Both the position numbers and the translations under genes were made by a program. Of a DNA stretch of 17,707 nt, positions 1-8,845 are shown piece by piece (the first letter of the stretch is position 1; each line of letters begins with the position of its first letter). The stretch comes from Nitrospirota bacterium (GTDB lineage: Bacteria > Nitrospirota > UBA9217), in contig CAWJQQ010000004.1 of the NCBI GenBank assembly GCA_963845065.1, forward strand, positions 1 to 17,707, in the 5' to 3' direction. The notes under the pieces were generated by a model that saw nothing but the letters and a program-made list of their open reading frames with translations, did not search any database and was not told the DNA's origin.

Positions 1-37
1 AGGGGTTTTTAAACAACAGAGAGAAGGGAGAAAGATT

Positions 38-386
38 ATGTATGCTAAAGTAGTAACTTTCCAGATGAAGTCGGGCGAACGAGATGAAGTTATTCGCTTG
101 TTTCATGACTTTGTTGTTCCTGGCGCTAGGAAACAAAAAGGATTTAAGGCAGGATTGTTATTGACGGATCCCAAACACGGGTAAGGGCACTTCTATCGGT
201 ATATGGGCCACAGAGGGAGACATCCTTGCGAGTGAATCCAGTGGTTACTATAAGGATTGGGTAACGAAACTGAGTGCCCATTTTTTAGCGACTCCTGTTA
301 GAGATATATTCGAGGTCAGCAACCTTGCAAGCCTCACTTTTGCTTCCTCTGAAGAGACCGAGTCGCTTCATGGTAAAGCAGCATGA
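38..386 (+). pseudogene. Antibiotic biosynthesis monooxygenase (ABM)-like small protein, frameshifted
   Basis: GGGAG SD, then ATG at 38: MYAKVVTFQMKSGERDEVIRLFHDFVVPGARKQKGFKAGLLLTDP, stopping at TAA 182-184. Removing one base from the CCC/AAA run at 170-175 continues NTGKGTSIGIWATEGDILASESSGYYKDWVTKLSAHFLATPVRDIFEV to TGA 384-386, an ABM/Dabb-type pattern. Could be a sequencing indel. Confidence 0.7.
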
Positions 387-429
387 CGGTGTGAACCGTT
401 TGGGTTGTAATCTAAGAAAGGAGAAGATT

Positions 430-656
430 ATAGAGATTTCGATAGAATACTGCGGCACCTATAACTACAGGCCGATTGCCGCAAGTCTCGCAATGGCAAT
501 CGAGAAAGAGACGGGTATAAAACCGCTTCTTGTGCATTCTAAGGCAATAGGGGCTCTGGAGGTTAGAATAAATGAAGAGCTTATTTTTTCCAAGATAAAA
601 ACTGGGCAGTTCCCCGACCATTCTAAGGTTTAGAAATTCTGAAGAGCAGTAAATAA
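430..656 (+). pseudogene. Rdx family (SelW/SelT/SelH-like) protein, degenerate
   Basis: AAGGAG SD, then ATA at 430: IEISIEYCGTYNYRPIAASLAMAIEKETGIKP...GALEVRINEELIFSKIKTGQFPDHSKV. The IEYC-xx, EV..LIFSK and G.FP motifs are typical of Rdx. The CxxU/C position reads CGTY. Adding one T at 629-631 gives a natural end, VLEILKSSK-TAA (654-656). Confidence 0.75.
473..502 (+). promoter_or_regulatory. Remnant bacterial SECIS-like hairpin
   Basis: CGATTGCC (473-480) pairs perfectly with GGCAATCG (495-502). The stem starts 10 nt after the codon (TAT 460-462) that aligns with the Rdx Sec position. Confidence 0.45.
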
Positions 657-660
657 TCTG

Positions 661-1662
661 ATGACCCTGAAGGAGAGACTGCTTAAAGCCCTCAGAATGG
701 AAACAATAGACAGGCCGCCTGCTGCCGTGCCAACCCAGTGCGCTATAGTCGATGTTATGGAGCGGAGCGGCTACCGGTGGCCCCAGGCCCAGAAGAAGGC
801 GAGGGACATGGCCGGGCTTGCGTGGGCATGCCATGAGATCGGAGGGATTGAGAGCGTGCGGGTCCCCTTCGATATCAATGTCGAAGCAGAGGCAATGGGA
901 TGTAAAACCAGGTTCGATGACGATAAGGCTACACCGCCGATGTCAACACCGATGAGCAGGGAGGAGTACCACCGAATCATAATACCGGATCCGCTCAAAG
1001 ACGGAAGGATGCCGGAGGTCCTCGATGCGATATCACTATTAAAAGAAAAGACAGGTGACGAAGTTCCCCTGATAGCAGCCTTGGGGACGCCCTTTGAACT
1101 CCTCTCTACCACACTGAGTTTTGAGGAGATCACGATATCAATTTATGAGGACCCGGATTTTCTTTCTGAACAGCTCGAAAAGATGACAGAGATAGCAAAG
1201 GCATACGGCAAGGAGATCGAAAAGAGAGGCCCGGATGTTCTTATGCTCGTAGATGGGACCTCGCAAAGCCTTGGCCCGTCACACTTTGCAAGGTTTTCGC
1301 TCCCATATACCAAGTCTTTGGTTGATTCCCTCGGCAGACCGACGATTCTCCATATCTGCGGGCATGCAACTCCTCTCCTAAAACACATGGTTGAGGCCGG
1401 AGCGACAGCCTTGAGTATCGACAAGCCCGTCGACATCGATATGGCTTTACGTATTACGAAGGGAAAGGTTGCTCTCGTCGGAAAGATCTCGCCCCATACA
1501 CTCTATGCCGGCAGCAGGGAGAAAATCGTTGCCGAAACCAAAGAGTCGCTGAAGCAGGGGGTGCATGTCGTTGCACCGGGCTGCGGTATCCTTCCACTGA
1601 CACCGTTGGAGAATCTTAAGGCCTATATCGGCTGCGTCGTCAGCAGTAAGGCTGAAGAGTAA
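661..1662 (+). CDS. MtaA/CmuA-family (uroporphyrinogen decarboxylase superfamily) Zn-dependent methylcobamide methyltransferase
   Basis: 333 aa. N-terminal MTLKERLLKAL...DRPP, VRVPFDINVEAEAMGC, GRMPEVLDAI, and Zn-ligand motifs LHICG and APGCG(I)...TPLENL. Confidence 0.85.
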   Translation: MTLKERLLKALRMETIDRPPAAVPTQCAIVDVMERSGYRWPQAQKKARDMAGLAWACHEIGGIESVRVPFDINVEAEAMGCKTRFDDDKATPPMSTPMSREEYHRIIIPDPLKDGRMPEVLDAISLLKEKTGDEVPLIAALGTPFELLSTTLSFEEITISIYEDPDFLSEQLEKMTEIAKAYGKEIEKRGPDVLMLVDGTSQSLGPSHFARFSLPYTKSLVDSLGRPTILHICGHATPLLKHMVEAGATALSIDKPVDIDMALRITKGKVALVGKISPHTLYAGSREKIVAETKESLKQGVHVVAPGCGILPLTPLENLKAYIGCVVSSKAEE

Positions 1663-1731
1663 GGGAAGCGGGAACCCTTAGAGTGGTCTTTTTTGTTGTA
1701 CCAGGCACTGGGAAAGGACAGGAGGGCCGAC

Positions 1732-3327
1732 ATGGATAAAGGAAGTCAGCGGGAAACAGTGCTTTCAGTGCCCGCCGTCGTACGAAATCCATTCAGGGAT
1801 CTTCTTGCCCGTCGTGACCGCTTCATCTATACGGTCGAGCTGGTTCCGGGCAGGGGCTCTCGGGGTAAAACACAAGACGAATTGCTCCATCTTGCAGAAC
1901 TCGCTGCCAGGGGAGGTCTCGTTCATGCGCTGTCAGTCACCGATAACCCGGGTGGCCACCCTGCGCTGGCCCCTGATGTGATCGGCCTTGAAATCTGCCG
2001 AATGGGTATTGATCCGATTATCCACTTTACGTGCAAGGACAAGAACAGGAATCAGATCGAGTCGATCCTGCATGCGCTCGATCGTGTCGGCATCTACAAT
2101 CTTCTGGCGATGACGGGAGACTACCCGCTCTATGGTTTCCAGGGCAATGCAAAGCCTGTCTTCGATCTTGATTCGGTTCAGCTTCTCCGCCTCATCAGCA
2201 TGATGAATCAGGGTTTCGATATCGATGACAGGGCGCCTGGTGGCGGTACAGTCGTTCCGCCGACACATGCGGTCAAAGGGTGTGCCGTGTCGCCCTTCAA
2301 GCAACATGAATCGGAAACCATGGCCCAGTATTTCAAGCTTTGGAGAAAGGTGCGCGAGGGGGCTGATTTCGTCATCACCCAGGTCGGTTTCGATGCGCGC
2401 AAATTCGATGAGCTGCTGCGGTATATGCGGCAGAAGGAGATGTCCGTTCCTGTCCTCGGCAATGTCTATATTCTCAACCTGCCCGTGGCAAGGGTCATGA
2501 ATCGGAGGGGCGTGCCGGGATGCGTCGTAACCGACAAGCTGTTCCGCATCTGCGAAGAAGAATCCCAGGCACCCGATAAGGGAAAAGCAGCCAGTCTCAC
2601 AAGGGCTGCCAAGCTCATCGCCGTGCTTAGGGGTATCGGGTATGACGGCGTTCACATAGGTGGACCAAACCTGCGGTATGAAGACATCGAGTGGGTCATC
2701 GGAAAGTCGACAGAACTGTCGAACAACTGGAAATCGCTCGTCCCGGAGTTTAACTACGCTCAGCCCGGAGGGTTTTATCTTTTCGAGCAGGATCGGCTCA
2801 CGGGCCTTAACCGCGAGAGCCTCTCCTGCAACGGGAGTCTTCCCGCCAAAAAGCTCGGGTACCGGCTCATGCGGCTCTTCCACCGCGCCGTTTTCACCCC
2901 CGGAGCGCCGCTCTACGAGACCGCCTGCTCATTTTTTAGAATGACCGACGGCACCCGGTTCGAGAGCCTGCTAACCGAACTTGAGTATTGGATAAAGTTT
3001 GTCAGCTCCCGCTGTCGCCGGTGTGGAGACTGCACGCTGCCCGAGGTAGGCTTCCTCTGTCCTCAATCGCAGTGTCCCAAATTCCTTTTCAACGGCCAGT
3101 GCGGGGGATCCTCCGAAGGGTGGTGCGAGGTCTTTCCCGGCATGCGTCGGTGCATCTTTGTGAGGGCCTATGAGCGGCTCAAGGCCTATCGTGAGGAGGA
3201 ATCATTGATGGGGGAGTACATCCGGCCTCGCGACTGGGCGCTCTACCGGACGTCCTCATGGGCTAACTATTTTCTCGGCCGGGACCATCGGAGAGAAACG
3301 TGCAAGTGTCCTCCTCGTTCTGTGTGA
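1732..3327 (+). CDS. metF: Methylenetetrahydrofolate reductase MetF fused to a C-terminal Cys-rich MetV/MTHFR_C domain
   Basis: GGAGG SD before ATG 1732. MTHFR motifs ELVP, SVTDNPGG, HFTCKDKNRNQI, NLLAMTGDYP, DLDSVQLL and GADFVITQVGFD. The C-terminal CRRCGDCTL...LCPQSQCPKFLFNGQCGGS...CEV...CIFVRAYERL is MetV-like. Confidence 0.9.
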   Translation: MDKGSQRETVLSVPAVVRNPFRDLLARRDRFIYTVELVPGRGSRGKTQDELLHLAELAARGGLVHALSVTDNPGGHPALAPDVIGLEICRMGIDPIIHFTCKDKNRNQIESILHALDRVGIYNLLAMTGDYPLYGFQGNAKPVFDLDSVQLLRLISMMNQGFDIDDRAPGGGTVVPPTHAVKGCAVSPFKQHESETMAQYFKLWRKVREGADFVITQVGFDARKFDELLRYMRQKEMSVPVLGNVYILNLPVARVMNRRGVPGCVVTDKLFRICEEESQAPDKGKAASLTRAAKLIAVLRGIGYDGVHIGGPNLRYEDIEWVIGKSTELSNNWKSLVPEFNYAQPGGFYLFEQDRLTGLNRESLSCNGSLPAKKLGYRLMRLFHRAVFTPGAPLYETACSFFRMTDGTRFESLLTELEYWIKFVSSRCRRCGDCTLPEVGFLCPQSQCPKFLFNGQCGGSSEGWCEVFPGMRRCIFVRAYERLKAYREEESLMGEYIRPRDWALYRTSSWANYFLGRDHRRETCKCPPRSV

Positions 3328-3698
3328 CACGGAGTATTGAAGGAAAGCCATTTTCAAAAGCGACCAGGACTGCAGCACCTTTCTGAACGCTCTCCCTACC
3401 GATCCTGAGATATAAGTAAGTAACCGTTTCCAACCCACGAAAGCTCTCCAGCGGATGTATTTTGTGCAATACGGAGGAGAGTATAAACGCTTCACGAGGT
3501 TGGTTCAAGCTACTTCGTGACGCAGGTATACGGTCCCGTTACTTCCCAAAATATACCATCAAAAGGAGACTTCGTGGACTGGAAACGTCTGCTTGTCTAT
3601 ATTTTTACCAAAGACAATTTCTATTATATTTGGTAGAGATGCATAGGTATCGCGTTTGTTCATGAGGTGAAATTTACAACTCGTAGATGTCAAGCCTG

Positions 3699-3729
3699 TC
3701 ATAAAATTGACATTCCACAGTTGTAGGTG
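3699..3729 (+). repeat. Direct repeat copy 1 (TCATAAAATTGACATTCCACAGTTGTAGGTG)
   Basis: 27/31 identical to 9250-9280, same orientation. Confidence 0.8.
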
Positions 3730-3950
3730 AAGTCGAGTTTCATATAATAATAGCGAAGGTGTAGAATTCAAGTTGTATTATTGCATTTTTTGATAACGTT
3801 TTCTATCGTCATCTCCATCCTGAAACATTGCAGCTTACATTCCGCGCAACAGACCACACTTCATCTCGTAATTCAGCGAAGATGACCTAAATATCTCTGC
3901 AATTGCGCTGAGATTCCGGCTGAAGGATGAGCTTGATTATCCCGCGTGCC

Positions 3951-4026
3951 TCACAATTAATTATGGCCAATGATAGCCATAATTTGTGAATATTCCCTTG
4001 ACTGAGAAACACCTTTCTGCAATAAT
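3951..4026 (+). promoter_or_regulatory. Inverted-repeat operator candidate plus sigma70-type promoter for the DUF4384-CHAT genes
   Basis: AATTATGGC-N8-GCCATAATT (3959-3984), flanked by TCACA/TGTGA. TTGACT (3998-4003)-N17-AATAAT (4021-4026), with TG at the extended -10 position. Confidence 0.45.
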
Positions 4027-4089
4027 CTTTGAATATCTTTCTGACCTGCCACATCTGCCTCTTCAAATATCACATCCAGGGGGGCCTTC

Positions 4090-4974
4090 ATGAAGACGTA
4101 TCTTTATCTAGCTCTGTTCGCACTCTGTCTTTTCGTTAAACCTGTTTATGCCGCACAATCGACGATAACCGAAGCCCAAGGCAACGCCTGTATGGGCGAC
4201 GACAAATCCCGGAAGCAGACCGAGGACGCTGCGCTTACGGACGCGAAAAAGAAGGCAGTCGAGTTCGTCTCTACGTACATCAAGAGCGAGACCGAGGTCA
4301 AGAACTTCGCTCTCGAGAAAGATCTCCTGTCCGCGTACGCCCACGCGGAAGTGAAGCTCCTCCAGGAGCCGACAAAGGAATGGTATAATGATCCGAATTC
4401 CGGCAATTGTTTAAAAATCAATATCAAAGCCGAAGTGGTTCCCGATACCACGGCCATGCAGAAGATGGCAGTTCAGAGTCCAGCAGTATCGGATGATCCT
4501 TCATCGCCTCTTACGGTCAAGGTATGGACGGATAAGAAAGGCTACAAAGCAGGCGAAAAGGTCAAGGTCTACATCAAAGGAAATAAACCCTTCTACGCTC
4601 GGGTTATCTACAAAGACGCCTCGGGCGAGATGGTTCAGATCCTTCCTAACCCTTACCGGTCGGGCAATTATTTCAATGGCGGCACGATGTACGAGATCCC
4701 GACAGGGAACGATAAATTCGACCTGGAAGTGAGCCCACCCTTCGGCGACGAAAATGTTATCGTATATGCAAGCTCATCACCTTTGGGCGGGATCAGTACC
4801 GAGGCTCGGGGCGGTGTATACGAGGTGAAGACACAGGCAGGGGACATCGAGGTAAAGACGAGAGGAATCAAGCTTATGGGAAAAACAGAAAACAGTTCAA
4901 CCATTTCTGCTGCTTCCGAGCCGGCGACATCGGAGTTCTTTGAAGATAAGGTTGTCGTGAAGACCGGGGAGTAG
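4090..4974 (+). CDS. Exported protein: signal peptide, FlgT-N/LPP20-like domain and DUF4384-type domain
   Basis: Signal MKTYLYLALFALCLFVKPVYA. EAQG...AALTDAKKKAVE..STYIKSETEVKN is FlgT-N/LPP20-like. LTVKVWTDKKGYKAGEKVKVYI...ILPNPY...YEIP...LEVSPPFGDENVIVYASSSPL is a DUF4384 pattern. Confidence 0.75.
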   Translation: MKTYLYLALFALCLFVKPVYAAQSTITEAQGNACMGDDKSRKQTEDAALTDAKKKAVEFVSTYIKSETEVKNFALEKDLLSAYAHAEVKLLQEPTKEWYNDPNSGNCLKINIKAEVVPDTTAMQKMAVQSPAVSDDPSSPLTVKVWTDKKGYKAGEKVKVYIKGNKPFYARVIYKDASGEMVQILPNPYRSGNYFNGGTMYEIPTGNDKFDLEVSPPFGDENVIVYASSSPLGGISTEARGGVYEVKTQAGDIEVKTRGIKLMGKTENSSTISAASEPATSEFFEDKVVVKTGE

Positions 4975-5069
4975 AGTATTTTTTGACCGTTATTCCGTCG
5001 TTCCAGAATTTTTTTATCCGGGACTTAGTGCATTTAACAAATAGGCAATAAAATCGGGGATATTTCGTC

Positions 5070-7346
5070 ATGACACCGAGGAAAATAATACTTTTATATT
5101 TTGTTTTTTCATTGCTCGCCTTTATTATATCAGGTTGCGGTTCTCTATTTCAAAGCAGAGGTTTAAAGTTAACAGGAAGTGCAAATTTTTCGCAGGAGGT
5201 AAGGGAATTTGAGCCGACGGATAGAAATTATTCAAGGTTGCCTTTTTCCGAACTAATATATTTGTGCAGTGCGTATGCGGGGTTAAAGAATTATCAAAAT
5301 CTATTTCCATGTCTTGATGCAGCTCAAGTAAAAGTTAATGCCGGGGAGCATTCAGCAGACCTTTGGGACTACTCGTCCTTTCCGTTAAGAATGAAAGCAG
5401 CCGCATATATTGAACTTGGCCAGTATGGGAAAGCCATAGAAGCGGCGGAATCCTCTTATGCAATAATAATGAATAAAAACCTGGAAAGATGGGACCAAGT
5501 GGAAACGCTGGAAATTCTTGGAATAGCCTACGGTCTTGCTGGAAGATCCGGAAAAGCAGAAGCTGCAATAGGAAAGCTTAAGGAAATCTTATTTGCGGGC
5601 TCTCTTGGCTCGCTAGGGGATTCCATAAATATTGCCTTAGCAAGAATTTATATTTCGCTGCATAGATACCAAGAGGCGATAAATGTTCTTTCTTATAAAT
5701 TCGATGATTCAAATGCACTGGTAAAAACAATTACCGGCTTGGATGTTTTTATGTCTGACAAAATCCACTTCGAATTTATGAAGAATAAATGTTTTCTTGA
5801 AGTTGGCAGGGTGTCTGAGGCAAAAGAAGGTTATGATACTCTTTTACGATATCCATTTATTCGCAATCAAGGAGAGATTTATTGGAATATATTGTTCGAT
5901 TTAGGCAGGATTGCCGAACAAGAAGGTAAAGATAAGGAGTCCATCGATTTTTACACAAAGGCCGTTGAGGTAATTGAACAGCAGCGTGCGAGTATCAACA
6001 CCGAGGCGAGCAAGATCGGTTTTGTAGGTGACAAACAGGACCTCTATCACAACCTCATTCGCGTTCTCTACCGGGATCGCCAGTATGGAAGGGCCTTTGA
6101 ATACGTAGAGCGATCTAAATCACGGGCACTTGTTGATCTCCTTGCATCTAAGAAAGACTTCGCGGTTAGAGGAGACAATGAAAAAGAAATTAAATCAGCC
6201 CTTGCTATGAACGATTCAGCAGATGCGGTGGCAATTATTCAGGATAGGTCCATAGACAAGAACAAGAGCAGAAGTGTCCAAGTCACGGCAAGAGAAGTTC
6301 TGCAGAGCAAGGCACCAGAACTTATCTCCCTTGTCACTGTTACATCCCAGTCCATTGCCGAGCTTCAATCCCTTATCCCCCCTGAGGAAGACCTGATTGA
6401 GTATTACTACCGTGATAAGGACATGTACGCTTTCGTTCTTTCCAACGGAAAACTTCGGGTTGTTTCACTTGACAGTGAAGGTCTCACGGAGGAAATCCAA
6501 AATTTCCGTGAACTCATCGAATCCCGTTCTACCCGGTTTATAGATACTTCAAAGAAGCTATATAAACGTCTTTTTCAACCGTTGGAAAAATATTTGAGTA
6601 AACACTCAATCATCATTGTTCCTCACGGAGCATTGCACTATTTACCCATGAATGCCCTCCACGACGGCAATGGCTATCTGATAGATCGTTATAGTATTCG
6701 TATGATGCCTAGCGCCAGCGCTATGAAGTACCTGCGCGAAAGGAATACGGAAAAGTCAGGCCCAGTTCTCATCTTCGGCAATCCTGACCTTGGCGATCGC
6801 CGGTATGATCTGGAGAATGCACAGCAGGAAGCATTAGAGATTGCCAATATCCGTCGTCAGTCCAGAGTGTTCATTAGGAAGGAAGCTACGGAACAAGCAC
6901 TTTTCATGTACTGTAACAGTTACCGGTATATCCACTTCGCAACCCATAGCCAGTTCAACCCTGAAGTCCCGTTGCAGTCGGCGCTTTTACTGGCGCCGGA
7001 TTCACATTACAACGGGCTACTCACAGTGGATAAACTTTATTCCTTAACCATGAATGCGGATCTCGTAACCTTGAGCGCATGTGAAACAGGATTGAGCAAA
7101 ATCTCCAACGGTGATGATCTGGTTGGGCTGACCCAGGGATTTCTCTATGCCGGATGTAGCTCCATTGTGGCAAGCCTCTGGAAGGTTGATGACCTTGCTA
7201 CAGCCTATCTCATGACCCGTTTTTATAAGGGGCTGGATAAGGCAAACAAGCGAGAGGCTTTGCGGTCAGCCCAGCTGGAGACCAGGATAAAATATCCTCA
7301 TCCCTACTACTGGGCATCATTTCAGTTGACAGGAAACGCAGAATAA
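5070..7346 (+). CDS. Lipoprotein TPR-CHAT (caspase-like, HetF-type) protease
   Basis: Lipobox ISG-C23 and TPR-like helical repeats. AFEYVERSKSRALVDLL, IIVPHGALHYLP, catalytic IHFATH626S and VTLSAC671ETG, then GDDLVGLTQGFLYAG, SLWKVDD and HPYYWASFQLTG. Confidence 0.92.
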   Translation: MTPRKIILLYFVFSLLAFIISGCGSLFQSRGLKLTGSANFSQEVREFEPTDRNYSRLPFSELIYLCSAYAGLKNYQNLFPCLDAAQVKVNAGEHSADLWDYSSFPLRMKAAAYIELGQYGKAIEAAESSYAIIMNKNLERWDQVETLEILGIAYGLAGRSGKAEAAIGKLKEILFAGSLGSLGDSINIALARIYISLHRYQEAINVLSYKFDDSNALVKTITGLDVFMSDKIHFEFMKNKCFLEVGRVSEAKEGYDTLLRYPFIRNQGEIYWNILFDLGRIAEQEGKDKESIDFYTKAVEVIEQQRASINTEASKIGFVGDKQDLYHNLIRVLYRDRQYGRAFEYVERSKSRALVDLLASKKDFAVRGDNEKEIKSALAMNDSADAVAIIQDRSIDKNKSRSVQVTAREVLQSKAPELISLVTVTSQSIAELQSLIPPEEDLIEYYYRDKDMYAFVLSNGKLRVVSLDSEGLTEEIQNFRELIESRSTRFIDTSKKLYKRLFQPLEKYLSKHSIIIVPHGALHYLPMNALHDGNGYLIDRYSIRMMPSASAMKYLRERNTEKSGPVLIFGNPDLGDRRYDLENAQQEALEIANIRRQSRVFIRKEATEQALFMYCNSYRYIHFATHSQFNPEVPLQSALLLAPDSHYNGLLTVDKLYSLTMNADLVTLSACETGLSKISNGDDLVGLTQGFLYAGCSSIVASLWKVDDLATAYLMTRFYKGLDKANKREALRSAQLETRIKYPHPYYWASFQLTGNAE

Positions 7347-7448
7347 TACCATTATAATTATCTCATTTTCTTTACAAAAAGGTTATCTCATACTAAAATC
7401 ATGCCACTTACTGTCAAGCAGTTCCCAAAATGATTATTTTAGGTTTAA

Positions 7449-8813
7449 CAGGTTGTTGAAAAAGCGCTCTAAAAGCAAAAAGTAGTTGCATTATTCGTAT
7501 AAATATATTATAACAATCGCGTAGTCATCCTTTTATTGCAAGGGAGAGATGCATGCTCGGAGATGATACCAAAACAGAAGCGATGTTCTACTATATATCA
7601 CCAGAATCGATGGTCCCCCAAGATCATCCGTTGCGATCCATCCGGAAGATGGTGGATCAGGCGCTTGCGGAGCTTTCTCCCGAGTTCGACAAGATGTATT
7701 CCCGCATCGGCCGCCCGTCCGTACCTCCGGAGAAACTCTTGAAAGGGCTGCTTCTCCAAACGCTTTTCTCCATTCGGAGTGTCCGTCAACTTATGGATCA
7801 AGTCGGGTATAACGTCCTTTATAAGTGGTTCCTTGGCCTCGCCATGGACGACAAGGTTTGGGACCACTCGACCTTTTCCCAGAATCAGGACCGCCTTATC
7901 GACACTGATATCGCCCGGAAGTTCATCGAACGCATTCAGGCACAGGCCGAGAAAGCAGACCTTATATCAAAAGAACACTTCTCCGTGGACGGCACTCTGA
8001 TTGAAGCCTGGGCATCCATCAAGAGCTTTCGTCAGAAGTCTGAACCTACTCCGCCGCCAAAGGAAACCCGAAATGACGACGTGGACTTCAGGGGTACCAA
8101 GCTTAAAAACGAAACCCATGAGTCCAAGACCGACCCTGATTGCCGTATCTATAAGAAGAGTTCCGGTAGTGCCGCCAAACTGTGCTATATGGGCCATCTC
8201 CTCATGGAGAACCGGAATGGCTTGATCGTTGTGCCTACCGTAACTCATGCCACCGGAACTGCCGAGCGCGAAGCGGCAGAGGCGATGGTGACTGAGGTTG
8301 CCGGAAGCCGCCGAATCACTCTGGGCGGAGACAAGAACTACGATACTCAGGATTTCGTGTTCACGCTGCGCAACCTGAAAGTCACACCCCATGTTGCCGC
8401 CAATACCGAACGAAAAGGCGGCTCCGCAATCGACAGCAGAACAACCCGTCACTGGTTATGCCGTAAGCCGGCAGTTTCGGAAGCGCATTGAAGAGGCCTT
8501 CGGTTGGATGAAGACCGTCGGCAATATCCGAAAGATCAAGTACCGAGGAGTACCCAAGGTTTCCTGGCACTTCATCTTCACCGCTGCAGCTTACAATCTG
8601 GTCAGGATGAGAAATTTGGGCGTAGCGGCTACATAGCACAGTAGCGATGCGCCTTTTCACGCCTCCGAACGAGAAACGGGGCGAATAAAGCTACACGAGA
8701 ATAACAAAGATCAAAAATAACCGATCAGTAGTACGAATAGTTTATCTCCAGCCCGTTCACATGATGAATGGGCGGATAATTTTCACCAAACTGAAGCCTT
8801 TTTCAACGGCCTG
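7449..8813 (+). mobile_element. IS5-family insertion sequence (~1365 bp)
   Basis: Terminal IRs CAGGTTGTTGAAAAAG (7449-7464) and CTTTTTCAACGGCCTG (8798-8813) match 14/16. Flanked by TTAA on both sides (7445-7448, 8814-8817), or TA if the IR is taken 1 nt longer. Contains a DDE transposase. Confidence 0.9.
7553..8636 (+). pseudogene. IS5-family DDE transposase, frameshifted at ~8453
   Basis: VPQDHPLR, GRPSVPPEKLL, WDHSTFSQN, HFSVDGTLIEAWAS and LGGDKNYD motifs. After TTRH (CAC 8450-8452) a lone T precedes GGT, and GYAVSRQFRKRIEEAFGWMKT...AAAYNLVRM continues in another frame to TAG 8636. Confidence 0.85.
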
Positions 8814-8845
8814 TTAAAGTTCCTTAACAGATGGAAGGCTAAAAA

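Noticed and set aside
325..429. N-terminal extension of the 325..633 ORF
   Set aside because: Overlaps the ABM-like frame. Rdx similarity and the SD begin at 430.
631..660. Read-through fusion of Rdx to the in-frame methyltransferase (Pyl/Sec)
   Set aside because: Would need both TAG 631 and TGA 640 suppressed. A single T deletion explains the Rdx end better.
1933..2883. 316-aa minus-strand ORF
   Set aside because: Antisense shadow of the GC-rich metF gene, with no recognisable motifs.
3425..3520. Possible integron attC site or hairpin (CCAAC...GTTGG; CACGAGGT/ACTTCGTG)
   Set aside because: Poor R/L box complementarity, no cassette array and no IntI-type integrase.
3780..3960. Possible minus-strand remnant of an IS1634-like transposase C-terminus (...NYEMKCGLLRGM*)
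   Set aside because: Too degenerate to support without a search.
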